NCBI GenBank assembly: GCA_032718475.1
Contig: JAUCBJ010006691.1
Location: 62,001 to 126,000, forward strand
Length of the DNA stretch: 64,000 bases
Reading direction: 5' to 3'
DNA from: Nemertoderma westbladi
Lineage: Eukaryota > Animalia > Xenacoelomorpha
This document shows positions 47,434-60,400 of the stretch, piece after piece. The first letter of the stretch is position 1. Each line of letters opens with the position of its first letter. The notes under the pieces were generated by a model, which was not told where the DNA came from, searched no databases, and saw only the letters and a list, made by a program, of their open reading frames with translations. The position numbers and the translations under genes are program-made.

Positions 47434-49551
47434 CGGTCCTACTAATTACCCAACTTTACCCAAATCTACCCAACTTTACCCAAACTTACCCAACTTTACC
47501 CAACTTCACCCAACTTTACCCCACTTTACCCAATACCACCCAACTTTACCCAATCGAATACCCAACTACCTATCTGCCGACCAGTGATGCAATACCGTAC
47601 AGCAGAAGGCTTACTTACTTTTACTACAGTACCCATAGGTCGCTTAATGTGTATACACGGCTGCACGGTACACCATGCAGCCATGGAGCCATGCAGCATG
47701 CAGCCATGTATGAATCTGTGAATGGTTTGTATCAGTGGGGTCCTACTAAATACTGAAATACTACAAAAAGCACAAAACAAGCACAAAAAAGCACAAAAAA
47801 GTCAAGAAAAGCACAAAAAAGCACAAAAAAAGCACAAAAAAGCACAAAAAAGGTAAAAAAAAGCACAAAAAAGTAAAAAAAAAAGCACAAAAAAGCAAAC
47901 TGATCGTTTATTGAGCTTGTAATAGAACAGATGATAGAAGCAATATCATGTAGTGCAGTAGTGTCTAGGCTACCGGAAGGATAATCACATGTCCAGTATG
48001 CTTTCATGTCATATAGCTGCCAGTCTGCCAGTGAGTGAGCACCAGCACGAGCAATTACATAGGTAAGGTACAGCCCTACCACGAGCACCCAAGTGCAATA
48101 TCAGGCTAATGTCAGAATGTAAAGATGGTTCAATTCAAATATCAGGATAGAACTTATAATACTGTAATAGACTTTGTTATTGTCAGATTGTCACATTATG
48201 TCAACTTATCAGCGTTCTGGTTAATTACTTTAATTTATTCACCGATAAATCGACATACTGTACAATTATCACATCACGGTCTGCCCGAACCTCTCGAGTG
48301 GGTGATCGATAACGTCTGAGGACAAGTATGATGATATTAGTCGTAGTCATACTTGCAAGAATCTCGCTTAGGTCGGAACTGCCTTGGTCAGTTGGTTACG
48401 ATATCTGCGTCTGTTGGAAACACAGTTCCTGCCTGGGTTTAACCACTGCTGTTGTAACACTACTGTATACTTTGAAATTTCTATAACTGCCAGATTGTTT
48501 GCAATGTTGTTTAGGAGTTCATGCGTACTTATCTTATATGTCAATATTCTATTTTATTTTACCTTAACTAACGACCCCCATGAGTGCCTTAGATCCTGGG
48601 TGTTCTTTCCCACGATCGTAATTTACTGTAGTTTTATTAAGCTATTAATCTATACTGTATGTGTTTTATTATGTTTATTTTCTTATTATATTTATTATGG
48701 TTATTTACATACTGTAGGTCAGAACATTGCAAATTAATCAATCATAGGCGTATGGGTTACCTTCGTATGTGGGGGGTGTCTGTAACAATATCTCTTATAT
48801 TTCCCCCCCCCCCCCCATGTCTCTTGATATGAGAATGTTTTTTTGTGCTTTTTTTTACTTTTTTGTGCTTTTTTTCACCTTTTTTGTGCTTTTTTGTGCT
48901 TTTTTTGTGCCTTTTTGTGCTTTTCTTGACTTTTTTGTGCTTTTTTGTGCTTGTTTTGTGCTTTTTGTAGTATTTAGTAGGACCCGTATCAGTGCAGTAC
49001 AGTAGTGTAGGCCTATATAGACCTGTATGGCTTCATGTTTATACAATCATACTCCAGTACAGTACTTATAATCATAACATAACACATTCAGACATCAATA
49101 AAATTATCAATATGGCTGTATGAGGGTGCATTTCGGGGTGGTGATGTTCTATAGAATAGACTTTAGTTTATTGTTTTGGTTAGAATAACGTGCCACTATA
49201 ACCTGTTCCTTTCCCTAAATTGAGAATTTAACATTCAGGTTGAGATATGCATCAAGTTTCCCCCTGCAGCCCTGCCTCCACTCCATTCAGCCATTGCAGC
49301 ATTGGCAGATTGGATATGGTAGATAGGCCTAACTACTGCAAACTAATTGATTAGGCCTAGGTCAGTAGGTGATCGATTGGCAGATTGGGTAATGGATTGA
49401 AATGATTGGGTAAAGTTGGGTGGTATTGGGTAAAGTTGGGTAAAGTGGATTGGGTAATTGATTGGGTGAAGTTGGGTGGTATTGGCTAAAGTGTGGTAAA
49501 GTTGGGTAAAGTTGGGTGGAGTTGGGTAAAGTTGGGTATTTAGTAGGACCC
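47434..49551. mobile_element. Non-autonomous TIR element (Merlin-like), outer
   Basis: Ends (C/G)GGTCCTACTAA(T/A)TACCCAACTTTACCC inverted; 8-bp TSD TTTTTAGG (47426-47433, 49552-49559); arms made of 10-bp TTACCCAACT repeats. Superfamily tentative. Confidence 0.75.
47738..48985. mobile_element. Non-autonomous TIR element (Merlin-like), inner
   Basis: Ends GGGTCCTACTAAATACT inverted; 9-bp TSD GTATCAGTG (47729-47737, 48986-48994); ~150-bp arms made of 10-bp AAAAAAGCAC repeats. Confidence 0.85.
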
Positions 49552-50379
49552 TTTTTAGGTTTTTGAACACAATAGGTAACTGAATAAAGAGCCAACTTGC
49601 TTGTTTTTTGAAAATTTCTGATGACAAAAATAGTTTGGTTCCATGCATGAAACCCTCAGACTTAAGACTTTTTGAGTTTCTGCCTTTAACTAAGCCGATA
49701 ATAAAACCTCACTGCTGGCAGGGTGCAGGGGCAGCTGGACTGACTAATATTACCCTCCCCTATCCCTTTTTAAAAAACAAAAATCAAATCGATTATTTTA
49801 ATATAGGCCTATTGTAGGATTACCGGTATCTACTGATGCTGTATTTGTATATGGTGCTGTATAAAATATAATCTTGAACAAATGCGGCCCCATATCATTT
49901 ATCTAACCATCATAACAAATGAACTGATGAACCAATCAAGCTCAGGTAGTCCAGTAGTCAGGTCAATCTTCAATCTAATCAATCATTATACAAATACAGT
50001 CTGACATAAATACTACAAAAACCTAGCAATAACATTCAAAAACCTGCAAAAAACTTCCAAAACCTGCAAAAACCTATCAAAAACCTAATTTTTGTTTTGA
50101 AAAACCTACGGTTTTTGCCAGACCTGGAGGCCTACTGCCTGACTGCTACAGTGCTATATGAATAAATTGATGTGAAAAATTGAAATAAACTACAGAACTA
50201 ATGAGTAATGACTGAATGACGAACCCGAGAACCCGACTTCATTATATAAAATGTAAGGAATGGAGGAAGTTTTGTTAGGATGACTAGTGTCTTGTACCCC
50301 AAATATGGGTAGGCCTACCGTACGTTATTGATCGGGAACGTTTTAACTGAGGTTTGTTTTGACCTGTAGTAACCTGCTG

Positions 50380-50675
50380 CCATCAGCTATGGGTGATCTT
50401 CCACAGTAAACCCTTACACTCTGTTTCCCAAGTTGACTTGCATGCCTTGGTTCCCATTCTGCCATTTATCTGTTTATCGACCACTGCAGCACTGAAGGAT
50501 GAAAGCCATGGTTGGGCTAAACTGCAGAATTTAAAGCACTGTGCCCAAACAGTCAGACAGTGACTGCCCCATCTCAGCATCTACAGATCTAGGGATCGAA
50601 CCAGGGCTTCCTAATTGGAAGCCTGGCACCTGGAAGCCCAGGAATCTGGGAATGTCACCACTAGACTGCTACATT
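50380..50675 (-). mobile_element. Degenerate tRNA-derived SINE
   Basis: On minus: A-box-like GTCTAGTGG and B-box GGTTCGATCCC (50592-50602). The body motif TTTATCGACC...GAAGGATGAAAG resembles the TTTATCGACCCCGGAAG at 45511-45528. 3' boundary approximate. Confidence 0.5.
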
Positions 50676-51301
50676 CAGACAGTGCTAGACCAAGCTGCTG
50701 CCTGTCGCAACCTATAAATCTGTAAATAGATTAAAACCTCAAAAACCACCTATGCAAAAAAATGAATAGGCCCTAGGCCCTACCTATTTTTTTTTCTTAA
50801 AAAAACCTAGGTTTATTCCACCCTTGTCTGCTTGTTCAGCCAGGGCGCAGGCAGCATATTGCATATTGCGGCTTCAGGCTGTCAGGCGCAACTTGAGATG
50901 CTACACCAAACGATCTGACGAGTTCGGCCTACATGCTGACATGTAAGCCTAAAACTTTTCAATATCAGAGCAGAATACAGAATAGGGCCATCTACGTACA
51001 CAACTAACTGTTCTCTGGCTCTAGCAATTCTGTTATGCCAGTCCCAGTACACGTTCGTGGGGCCTTCGCGCAGCACGAGGCCCAGTTATTAGATACAAAT
51101 TAAAATTGAGCGACTGTATCACAAAATCAGGTTTTGAGAAATTTACCCACACCACCAATCAATCAAAGAAAGGGGGACAGTACGTGTTCACCCCCTTTAA
51201 TCCCCCCCCCCCCCCCCCCAACCTTCCCAACCACCAATACATAACCGGGACATCTACCACCCACGGAAGGGTAGCACGAACTTATTTCCAATCGCACGTT
51301 A

Positions 51302-51602
51302 AATATGCAAAGCCAGGTGGTTTATAGGAATATAATAAACGCAGTACTCGTTTTCATTATAAGCCTCTTTGCGTTCGTCCTGTTTTGTATTTAAATATAT
51401 TTCTTAAACGCAGGCTGACGATATTTATAATAATAATAACTAGGGATGCGATCAATATGTGAAGCCAGGTGGTTTATATAATAATTTAGTCAACGAGGTA
51501 CTCGTCTTCATTATATGCCTCGTTGCGCTCGTCGCTTGTCCTGTTTTGTCATAAAATATTTTTCCTAAACGCAGACTGACGATCTTTATACAGTTATAAC
51601 TA
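51302..51602. repeat. Diverged ~150-bp tandem duplication
   Basis: AAGCCAGGTGGTTTATA...GTACTCGT.TTCATTATA.GCCTC.TTGCG...TAAACGCAG.CTGACGAT occurs twice. Confidence 0.8.
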
Positions 51603-52439
51603 TGCGAAGTTTCGAAACTGTGCGAGTAACTGTTGATACATCTATGTGGATATGTGTGATATGTGGAGATGTGTGATACAACGCCAACGCATCTTATGCC
51701 GATGTAGTAATATGGGTATTGAAATAATATTAAATTAATGTACACTCTTAAAGCTGCAGCGAAAAAATGTAGCTAATTTCCTAGGTTACATATAAAATAA
51801 TAATATTATTTTTAAGAACATTAATTTTACTACTTTGCAAAAATTCAATTAAAAAATAACCAGACATATACATTGTGGAATAAACTATTTCAGAAGCCTA
51901 CACAACAGCCATGCCATGGATAGTATTTATGTTATGATATCTGTCATTCACCTGAGATAGCAATACAACATTTATAGTGAATTTAAAGAATGCTGTCTGG
52001 GCTGGAATAGCAATACTGGTTGTCTATTACTATTCCTCTCTGGTTAGTCTTAGCAACAACTCCCAGCCAGCAGCAGAGACTTGACCAATAATCATTCCCA
52101 GCAACTGGGAATGACACACACATCCCATCTATGTACCAGCATGTTGGCCAATAAATGAGCAGTATTTAATGAGAATAAATTTTTTTTGCCGTTTTAATTA
52201 CTTTAGATCAATTAAAGACACAATTATTAAAGCAAATCACTTGAACTAATTAAAAACTATAATAGAATGGCGTATGGGGATTACATCTGTATAATTTTTA
52301 ATTATAATTATTTAAATCTTATACTGTAAAACAATTAATTTCCTTTAAAAGGCAGGTTGAAAATGGTGTTTTTACCGTAATAACTTAATTAACTAATTAA
52401 CTGCTATTATCTTAGCTTCTCGAAGGCCACACTGAAATT

Positions 52440-52672
52440 CTACTTGGAAAATTTCTAAACTTTTGCCAAACAACATGTGTACCAAGTTTGGATAGATTTC
52501 ATCAAAGATTGGCCGAGTTATTAACGTTTAAAATTGAACACGACAGAACGACAGAACGACAGGTTGATTAATGGTACCACTACGCTAAGGCTCACTCACT
52601 TCGTGGCTCGCCCCACAGGTTGATTAATGGTACCACTACGCTAAGGCTCACTCACTTCGTGGCTCGCCCCAC
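52440..52672 (+). mobile_element. Helentron/DINE-like non-autonomous fragment with duplicated 3' module
   Basis: ATGTGTACCAAGTTTG core, short (ACGACAGA)n microsatellite, then a ~57-bp direct duplication ending in GCTCACTCACTTCGTGGCTCGCCCCA. Family assignment rests on recalled architecture only. Confidence 0.45.
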
Positions 52673-53096
52673 ATTTATTATATTACGTTTATTGCATCAA
52701 GCATTTCGTCTGATAGATAGATAAATAGATAGATAGTCTGATAAATGGGGGAGTGCACGAATGCAAGAACGAGCAAAAATCGCATTTTGCTCTACCTCAA
52801 TATCTAATCTTATGTCGATAAGATTAGTTTCAGTAGATATTAGTAGTATTAGATAAGAGTACCTACAAATTCATTATAAAATACAATAGTATTTAAAGTC
52901 TGACCGTAGTGGCGGCCTAAACCCTAATTAAAACTGTCATGTAACCCTAACCCTAAGTCATAATCTAAAAAATTTAGCGGAATTTCCGACATAATTGCCA
53001 TTATCGACCCGAAGGTTATTATTAACCCACGGTATAATGTCTCGAGAATAGTGAAAAAGTTCTGTTTTTTACCATGTAGGCGTAGGGCCCTAATAA

Positions 53097-55989
53097 GGGT
53101 GTTTGAAAAAGGTGGACTGGACACAGAAAACATGGACAACGGACAGACCAATCAGAAACGTATTATGCAAAGCAGTTTGTTTTTTTTTCGAGTTTTCGTT
53201 GGTTTCATGTGAAAGAGCATGTGAAAAAACCCCAGAGAGCAATTTTACTTAAAAAAAATTAATATTGGCCGAGTTATAGCGATTTTAAAACGCAAAGTTA
53301 GCAACATCGAAAAATCAGGCCGTTTCAGAAAACTGCACTAGTGACGTCACTAGTGCAGCAGTAAATGTTCATTGGTTACTATACAATATAAATCTCTTAG
53401 TAACTAAAATAAATTGTGTAGCTAATATTTATTTAGTGTGTTTTTGTGTTGTGTTAAGAATACATTATTTGATATCTTAATGTGGAAATTGATTCATGAC
53501 AAGTTAATTATTCCAGAATAATAATTATTTTTCCCAAACTATACAGTTGTTAGCTATAAAAATAAAACACATTTTGTAGCTAAAACTGCCAGGTGGTAGA
53601 TATCCAGTAGCTTATTGATGTTTTATTCAGCTTCAAAACTTAGATTACTTTGGATTAGATTGTGGATTCGCACTTAGTTAGTAGAAAGTGGACATAGTTA
53701 GTCAATGTAGCTGTAATGTATGACGTAGTAAAAATATCTTCAGCTGCCATCTCAATACAATCAGCATTAATCAGAATTTAGTTGAACTATAACTACTGTA
53801 TAATTTACATTTTTTAATTATCTATTTTTTCACAATTTTGGGAAATATATATTCCTTCCAGAAGCTACGACTACTTTTCAGTAAACTTTGCATGTACTGT
53901 ATGTATATGGAATCATATGATACTTCAACTATTTCCACTTCGCTGTTTATTTCAAAAGATGGATCTGCGACGCTAAACAAGGCCCATTGTTTATTGCAAA
54001 GATGCATTTGAAATTGGATTTGTGCCATGAATTTAGCGCTTACGATATTCGATTGTGTAAGATAAGATTTTTGAATGGCATGTTTTGATGTTGGACATTT
54101 TACTTCTACCACATGCGTTGGTTTAATTGCATCTGAAATGGCATCAAAAAATAAGATTTTGTGGTATTTTATAAAAACACTAGCTACAATATTAAAACAG
54201 TACATACCATTGAAAACAATAGCAACCACAAACATTTGTTTTTATTTTCTTTAACATTTTTTTTTCACATGTAACTAGCCAAAATACGTCAAGAACATAA
54301 ACCAATAGCCCAAAACATTATGTTTTGGTATTTTTTGGTATTTTGATATTTTTGGATGTCAAACCAAAAACAGCTATTATGAAAGGCAGAATAATGGTGA
54401 CACGTGCAACACTAGTACCAGTAACACTTTACAGTGAACTGTACAAAAATTTAAATAATTTCCATCTAGTGCTAATCTACCCATCCCGCATTGTTCGCTG
54501 TAAAAACAATAAAAAAATAGATTAATGAAACGCCTGGAAGTATTTAGCTAGCTATATTTATTTTTAGCTACATACAGCTCTACGATACAGGCATGGACGA
54601 AATAAATATTATTCTAGAATAATTAACTTGATATGAATAATTTGCCTCCATACCGCTATCCTATAATCGATTCTTAACACAACACAAATACACATCCAAA
54701 TAAATACATAGCTACATTTATTATTTGTTTTCTTTTAGATCTGCAATATTATACTTTATATTAGCCAATCAACAGCGCTTGACAACTGTTGCTGTGTTAT
54801 GGCTGACGTCACTCGTGCAGTTTTCTGAAACGGCCTGATTTTTCGATGTTGCTAATTTTGCGTTTTAAAATTGCTATAACTCGGCAAATATTAATTTTTT
54901 TGAAGTAAAATTGCTCTCTGAGGTTTTTTCACATGCTCTTTCACATGAAACCAACGAAAACTCGAAAAAAAATTTCCGAGTCGTCTACCCCATTGGTCTG
55001 TCCACCTTTTTCAAGTTTTCGCTTTCTCAGTTACATAATTGGGAATAAGATGTGTGTTTGAAAAAGGTGGACTGGACACATGCACAAACATCCAGGACCA
55101 TCCAGGACACATCCACCTTTTTCAGGTTTCAATTATCTATCTATAATGGGCATGCTGGAAGCAGTTGCATTAAGAATGCTGTCGGTGTCCTAGCCGTATC
55201 TACACCCCCCCCACCCCCCCCCCCCCCATCAATAATCAAATGCTACGAAATTTGTTATAAAGATAGTTCGACAACTTTTCGTACTTTTGGAAGGGCCAGA
55301 TATTTCGGTAACAGTTCCGTTTAGAACTGCATTTTTAAAACTTACGTCATTGTTACTATGGCAACATTGAAGAGTTCTAGAACAATATAAATGTATCCAG
55401 AACATAAATAAAATATATGTTATAAAACATATAGCTCAGTAGCTTGTTATTTCTTAAATTTAAAATAGCTAGTAATAAAAAAAATTATTTATTTATATGA
55501 TATATTATTAAAAAGTTTATCTACCGGTACCAAATTAACGTTTACGGCCTCCATTTCCACTTTGAATTAGGGTTTCGGACCGCCACTCCCAAAATATGGG
55601 GACTTATTTACCTCCCTCGCTGCGCTCGTTTGTTTAATAACAGATCTCGGGATGATTATATTTCCCTCACAGTACAATAGGTAGTTATTATAATTAACTT
55701 TATACTGTAATGAGTTAGAATAATGACGTTCAAATATATAACAATAATAATCCATAAAAACCTTCTGAAATTTTTTGAAAAACGTGGACAGAGCTGCTAT
55801 AATGGGGTAATCAATCTGATTGGTCAATTCATTGCCTGTTCTTTCTCAACCCAGTCCACCTTATTCAAATTTGAAAAAGGTGGACAACAAAGCTGAAAAA
55901 GGTGGACATGCTGTGTGACGCAAATCGCCCGTGATTGGTCTGTCCGTTGTCCATGTTTTCTGTGTCTAGTCCACCTTTTTCAAACACCC
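53097..55989. mobile_element. Mutator-like (9-bp TSD) composite TIR element, 2.9 kb
   Basis: ~58-bp TIR GGGTGTTTGAAAAAGGTGGACT(G/A)GACACAGAAAACATGGACAACGGACAGACCAATCA; exact 9-bp TSD CCCTAATAA (53088-53096, 55990-55998). Internal long inverted arms (about 53175-53560 vs 54600-54970) and extra TGAAAAAGGTGGAC copies. Confidence 0.85.
53822..54160 (-). pseudogene. C-terminal remnant of a YqaJ/lambda-exonuclease-like PD-(D/E)xK nuclease
   Basis: DAISDAI (degenerate GASPDAI), VVEVKCP, AQIQFQM..C, FSVADPSFE, VSYD and FWKEYIFP appear in the order expected for YqaJ-type domains; N-terminal part absent. Confidence 0.7.
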
Positions 55990-56548
55990 CCCTAATAACT
56001 AATTATTATAAAATAATACGAAATGAAATAAGTATTTTTTTTATATTTAATAATATTATATATTGCGTAAAAATTTTTTTTGGTAAACAGCTCCACGTAG
56101 CACAATGCATGTAGTATACCTTAATACTAAGTTTGATTATTGTGCTTTTCAGCTACCGGTAAAGAAAATATTTCGACATTTCGTTATTATTTTCACTAAC
56201 GCTGTCATCATCGGCTATACAAATTATGTTATAAATATTGATGAAATGTCTAAATATTGCGATTAACTGAAAAATTCAAAAATAACACTTTTTCTTGATA
56301 AAGTATGCAATATGTGTCTCGGAGCGGCTTTCCACTAGGCGGGATGTGAGTCAGGAAATGTAAGGAAATTTCCTAGACATTTTTTCCTGAAATTTCCTAT
56401 TATATTAATTTATTATATAATGTTTACTTTTAATAGTAAATATTTACATAAATATCCTCCTATTAATTGCATAAAATAGTAATAATACGATTTTTTTTTG
56501 AACTAAAAAAAGATTGTGACTATGTGTTTTGTCAATTTCATTATTAAC

Positions 56549-56705
56549 TGAGACAGGGGGGGGGGGGGGTGGGGGGGGGGGGACTTGACTTAAATCCCCG
56601 CTCGGCGAATTCATATCCTGCCTCAATGTTAAATTCTCAAATTAGGGAAAGGAGCAGGTTACTGTGACAAGTTATTTTAACCACAACAATAAAGTAAACA
56701 CAATA
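56549..56705 (+). repeat. Dispersed repeat (probable transposon end), copy 2
   Basis: Colinear with 35524-35680. Confidence 0.75.
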
Positions 56706-56713
56706 AAGTATAC

Positions 56714-56777
56714 ATAAAATGGCTACTGCATGACAGGGCTGCAGTACTGCAGCCCTGTCATGCAGTAGCTATTTTAT
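56714..56777. repeat. Spacerless palindrome, 48 bp perfect (64 bp with one mismatch)
   Basis: GCTACTGCATGACAGGGCTGCAGT|ACTGCAGCCCTGTCATGCAGTAGC at 56722-56769. Confidence 0.95.
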
Positions 56778-57447
56778 TATTTTATTAACATACATTTTCC
56801 TGAAGAAGGCCTTAGGGCAGAAATCTATAGAAACTCATATTATTTTGTTAGTTTTGAGGGAGATAGACCCCTGGCTACCAACATTAGTGATTTCACAATT
56901 TAATACCTCCTGCTATTTTGCCAGTTTATTTTTATTCACATTCTGAAAGCACATAGGATAACACAAGTAGAGTAAACATTGGAAACAAGTGATTCCTGCT
57001 TTTAGTTGTGTTGAGGTGGTTCGTTGATTTGGTTCTGTGGTCGTAAATACGGGGGAAGTATACTTTTCCGGAAATTTCCTTGAAAAAACATATTTCGGGA
57101 AAACCCACATCCCAAATCTCACGCGGTTACCACAAATAACTATTTTTTTATATCCCCTTTATTGTCCGCAAAAGAGCGGACAATAAAGACTATAAGAAAC
57201 TTTACGACAAAGTTTTAAATAGTATAATAAAATAAATTGATAAAGACTTTAATGTCCGCATTTGCGGACAATAAAGTAATTATCCAATCAATTTTTCAAA
57301 AATGCGGATAATAAACTATTTATAACATTTTAGATAATAGATAAATAAAAAGTTTATTCTTTTGACTCGATTATATTCGTTCTATTCGCACTATTTATTC
57401 AGTAATTATTACGTTGTACCGGTAATTATTAATTTATTTAGTATTAA

Positions 57448-60400
57448 AATGTTTAGGAGTAGGATTTAGATAATGTTTAGGAGTAGGATTTAGATAATGT
57501 TTAGGAGTAGGATTTAGATAATGTTTAGGAGTAGGATTTAGATAATGTTTAGGAGTAGGATTTAGATAATGTTTAGGAGTAGGATTTAGATAATGTTTAG
57601 GAGTAGGATTTAGATAATGTTTAGGAGTAGGATTTAGATAATGTTTAGGAGTAGGATTTAGATAATGTTTAGGAGTAGGATTTAGATAATGTTTAGGAGT
57701 AGGATTTAGATAATGTTTAGGAGTAGGATTTAGGTAATGTTTAGGAGTAGGATTTAGATAATGTTTAGGAGTAGGATTTAGATAATGTTTAGGAGTAGGA
57801 TTTAGATAATGTTTAGGAGTAGGATTTAGATAATGTTTAGGAGTAGGATTTAGATAATGTTTAGGAGTAGGATTTAGATAATGTTTAGGAGTAGGATTTA
57901 GATAATGTTTAGGAGTAGGATTTAGATAATGTTTAGGAGTAGGATTTAGATAATGTTTAGGAGTAGGATTTAGATAATGTTTAGGAGTAGGATTTAGATA
58001 ATGTTTAGGAGTAGGATTTAGATAATGTTTAGGAGTAGGATTTAGATAATGTTTAGGAGTTGGATTTAGATAATGTTTAGGAGTAGGATTTAGATAATGT
58101 TTAGGAGTAGGATTTAGGTAATATTTAGGAGTAGGATTTAGATAATGTTTAGGTGTAGGATTTAGATAATGTTTAGGAGTAGGATTTAGATAATGTTTAG
58201 GAGTAGGATTTAGATAATGTTTAGGAGTAGGATTTAGATAATGTTTAGGAGTAGGATTTAGATAATGTTTAGGATTGGATTTAGATAATGTTTAGGAGTA
58301 GGATTTAGATAATGTTTAGGTGTAGGATTTAGATAATGTTTAGGAGAAGGATTTAGATAATGTTTAGGAGTAGGATTTAGATAATGTTTAGGAGTAGGAT
58401 TTAGATAATGTTTAGGAGTAGGATTTAGATAATGTTTAGGAGTAGGATTTAGATAATGTTTAGGAGTAGGATTTAGATAATGTTTAGGAGTAGGATTTAG
58501 ATAATGTTTAGGAGTAGGATTTAGATAATGTTTAGGAGTAGGATTTAGATAATGTTTAGGAGTAGGATTTAGATAATGTTTAGGAGTAGGATTTAGATAA
58601 TGTTTAGGAGTAGGATTTAGATAATGTTTAGGAGTAGGATTTAGATAATGTTTAGGAGTAGGATTTAGATAATGTTTAGGAGTAGGATTTAGAGAATGTT
58701 TAGGAGTAGGATTTAGATAATGTTTAGGAGTAGGATTTAGATAATGTTTAGGTGTAGGATTTAGATAATGTTTAGGAGTAGGATTTAGATAATGTTTAGG
58801 AGTAGGATTTAGATAATGTTTAGGAGTAGGATTTAGATAATGTTTAGGAGTAGGATTTAGATAATGTTTAGGAGTAGGATTTAGATAATGTTTAGGAGTA
58901 GGATTTAGATAATGTTTAGGAGTAGGATTTAGATAATGTTTAGGAGTAGGATTTAGATAATGTTTAGGAGTAGGATTTAGATAATGTTTAGGAGTAGGAT
59001 TTAGATAATGTTTAGGAGTAGGATTTAGATAATGTTTAGGAGTAGGATTTAGATAATGTTTAGGAGTAGGATTTAGATAATGTTTAGGAGTAGGATTTAG
59101 ATAATGTTTAGGAGTAGGATTTAGATAATGTTTAGGAGTAGGATTTAGATAATGTTTAGGAGTAGGATTTAGATAATGTTTAGGAGTAGGATTTAGATAA
59201 TGTTTAGGAGTAGGATTTAGATAATGTTTAGGAGTAGGATTTAGATAATGTTTAGGAGTAGGATTTAGATAATGTTTAGGAGTAGGATTTAGATAATGTT
59301 TAGGAGTAGGATTTAGATAATGTTTAGGAGTAGGATTTAGATAATGTTTAGGAGTAGGATTTAGATAATGTTTAGGAGTAGGATTTAGATAATGTTTAGG
59401 AGTAGGATTTAGATAATGTTTAGGAGTAGGATTTAGATAATGTTTAGGAGTAGGATTTAGATAATGTTTAGGAGTAGGATTTAGATAATGTTTAGGAGTA
59501 GGATTTAGATAATGTTTAGGAGTAGGATTTAGATAATGTTTAGGAGTAGGATTTAGATAATGTTTAGGAGTAGGATTTAGATAATGTTTAGGAGTAGGAT
59601 TTAGATAATGTTTAGGAGTAGGATTTAGATAATGTTTAGGAGTAGGATTTAGATAATGTTTAGGAGTAGGATTTAGATAATGTTTAGGAGTAGGATTTAG
59701 ATAATGTTTAGGAGTAGGATTTAGATAATGTTTAGGAGTAGGATTTAGATAATGTTTAGGAGTAGGATTTAGATAATGTTTAGGAGTAGGATTTAGATAA
59801 TGTTTAGGAGTAGGATTTAGATAATGTTTAGGAGTAGGATTTAGATAATGTTTAGGAGTAGGATTTAGATAATGTTTAGGAGTAGGATTTAGATAATGTT
59901 TAGGAGTAGGATTTAGATAATGTTTAGGAGTAGGATTTAGATAATGTTTAGGAGTAGGATTTAGATAATGTTTAGGAGTAGGATTTAGATAATGTTTAGG
60001 AGTAGGATTTAGATAATGTTTAGGAGTAGGATTTAGATAATGTTTAGGAGTAGGATTTAGATAATGTTTAGGAGTAGGATTTAGATAATGTTTAGGAGTA
60101 GGATTTAGATAATGTTTAGGAGTAGGATTTAGATAATGTTTAGGAGTAGGATTTAGATAATGTTTAGGAGTAGGATTTAGATAATGTTTAGGAGTAGGAT
60201 TTAGATAATGTTTAGGAGTAGGATTTAGATAATGTTTAGGAGTAGGATTTAGATAATGTTTAGGAGTAGGATTTAGATAATGTTTAGGAGTAGGATTTAG
60301 ATAATGTTTAGGAGTAGGATTTAGATAATGTTTAGGAGTAGGATTTAGATAATGTTTAGGAGTAGGATTGAGATAATGTTTAGGAGTAGGATTTAGATAA

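Larger units (their letters stand above)
47307..50126. mobile_element. Degenerate hAT-like non-autonomous element hosting two nested insertions
   Basis: Imperfect TIR GAGGGCTGGCAAA vs CAGGTCTGGCAAA; AAACCTAGG/AGGTTTTT subterminal motifs on both sides and interrupted by the insertion at 47434. No TSD recognised. Confidence 0.4.

Noticed and set aside
50575-50675. tRNA gene
   Set aside because: A B-box is present, but the A-box is imperfect and I could not fold a cloverleaf; better explained as a SINE head.
52915-52960. CCCTAA telomere-like hexamers
   Set aside because: Only two to three scattered copies; too short to call an interstitial telomere.
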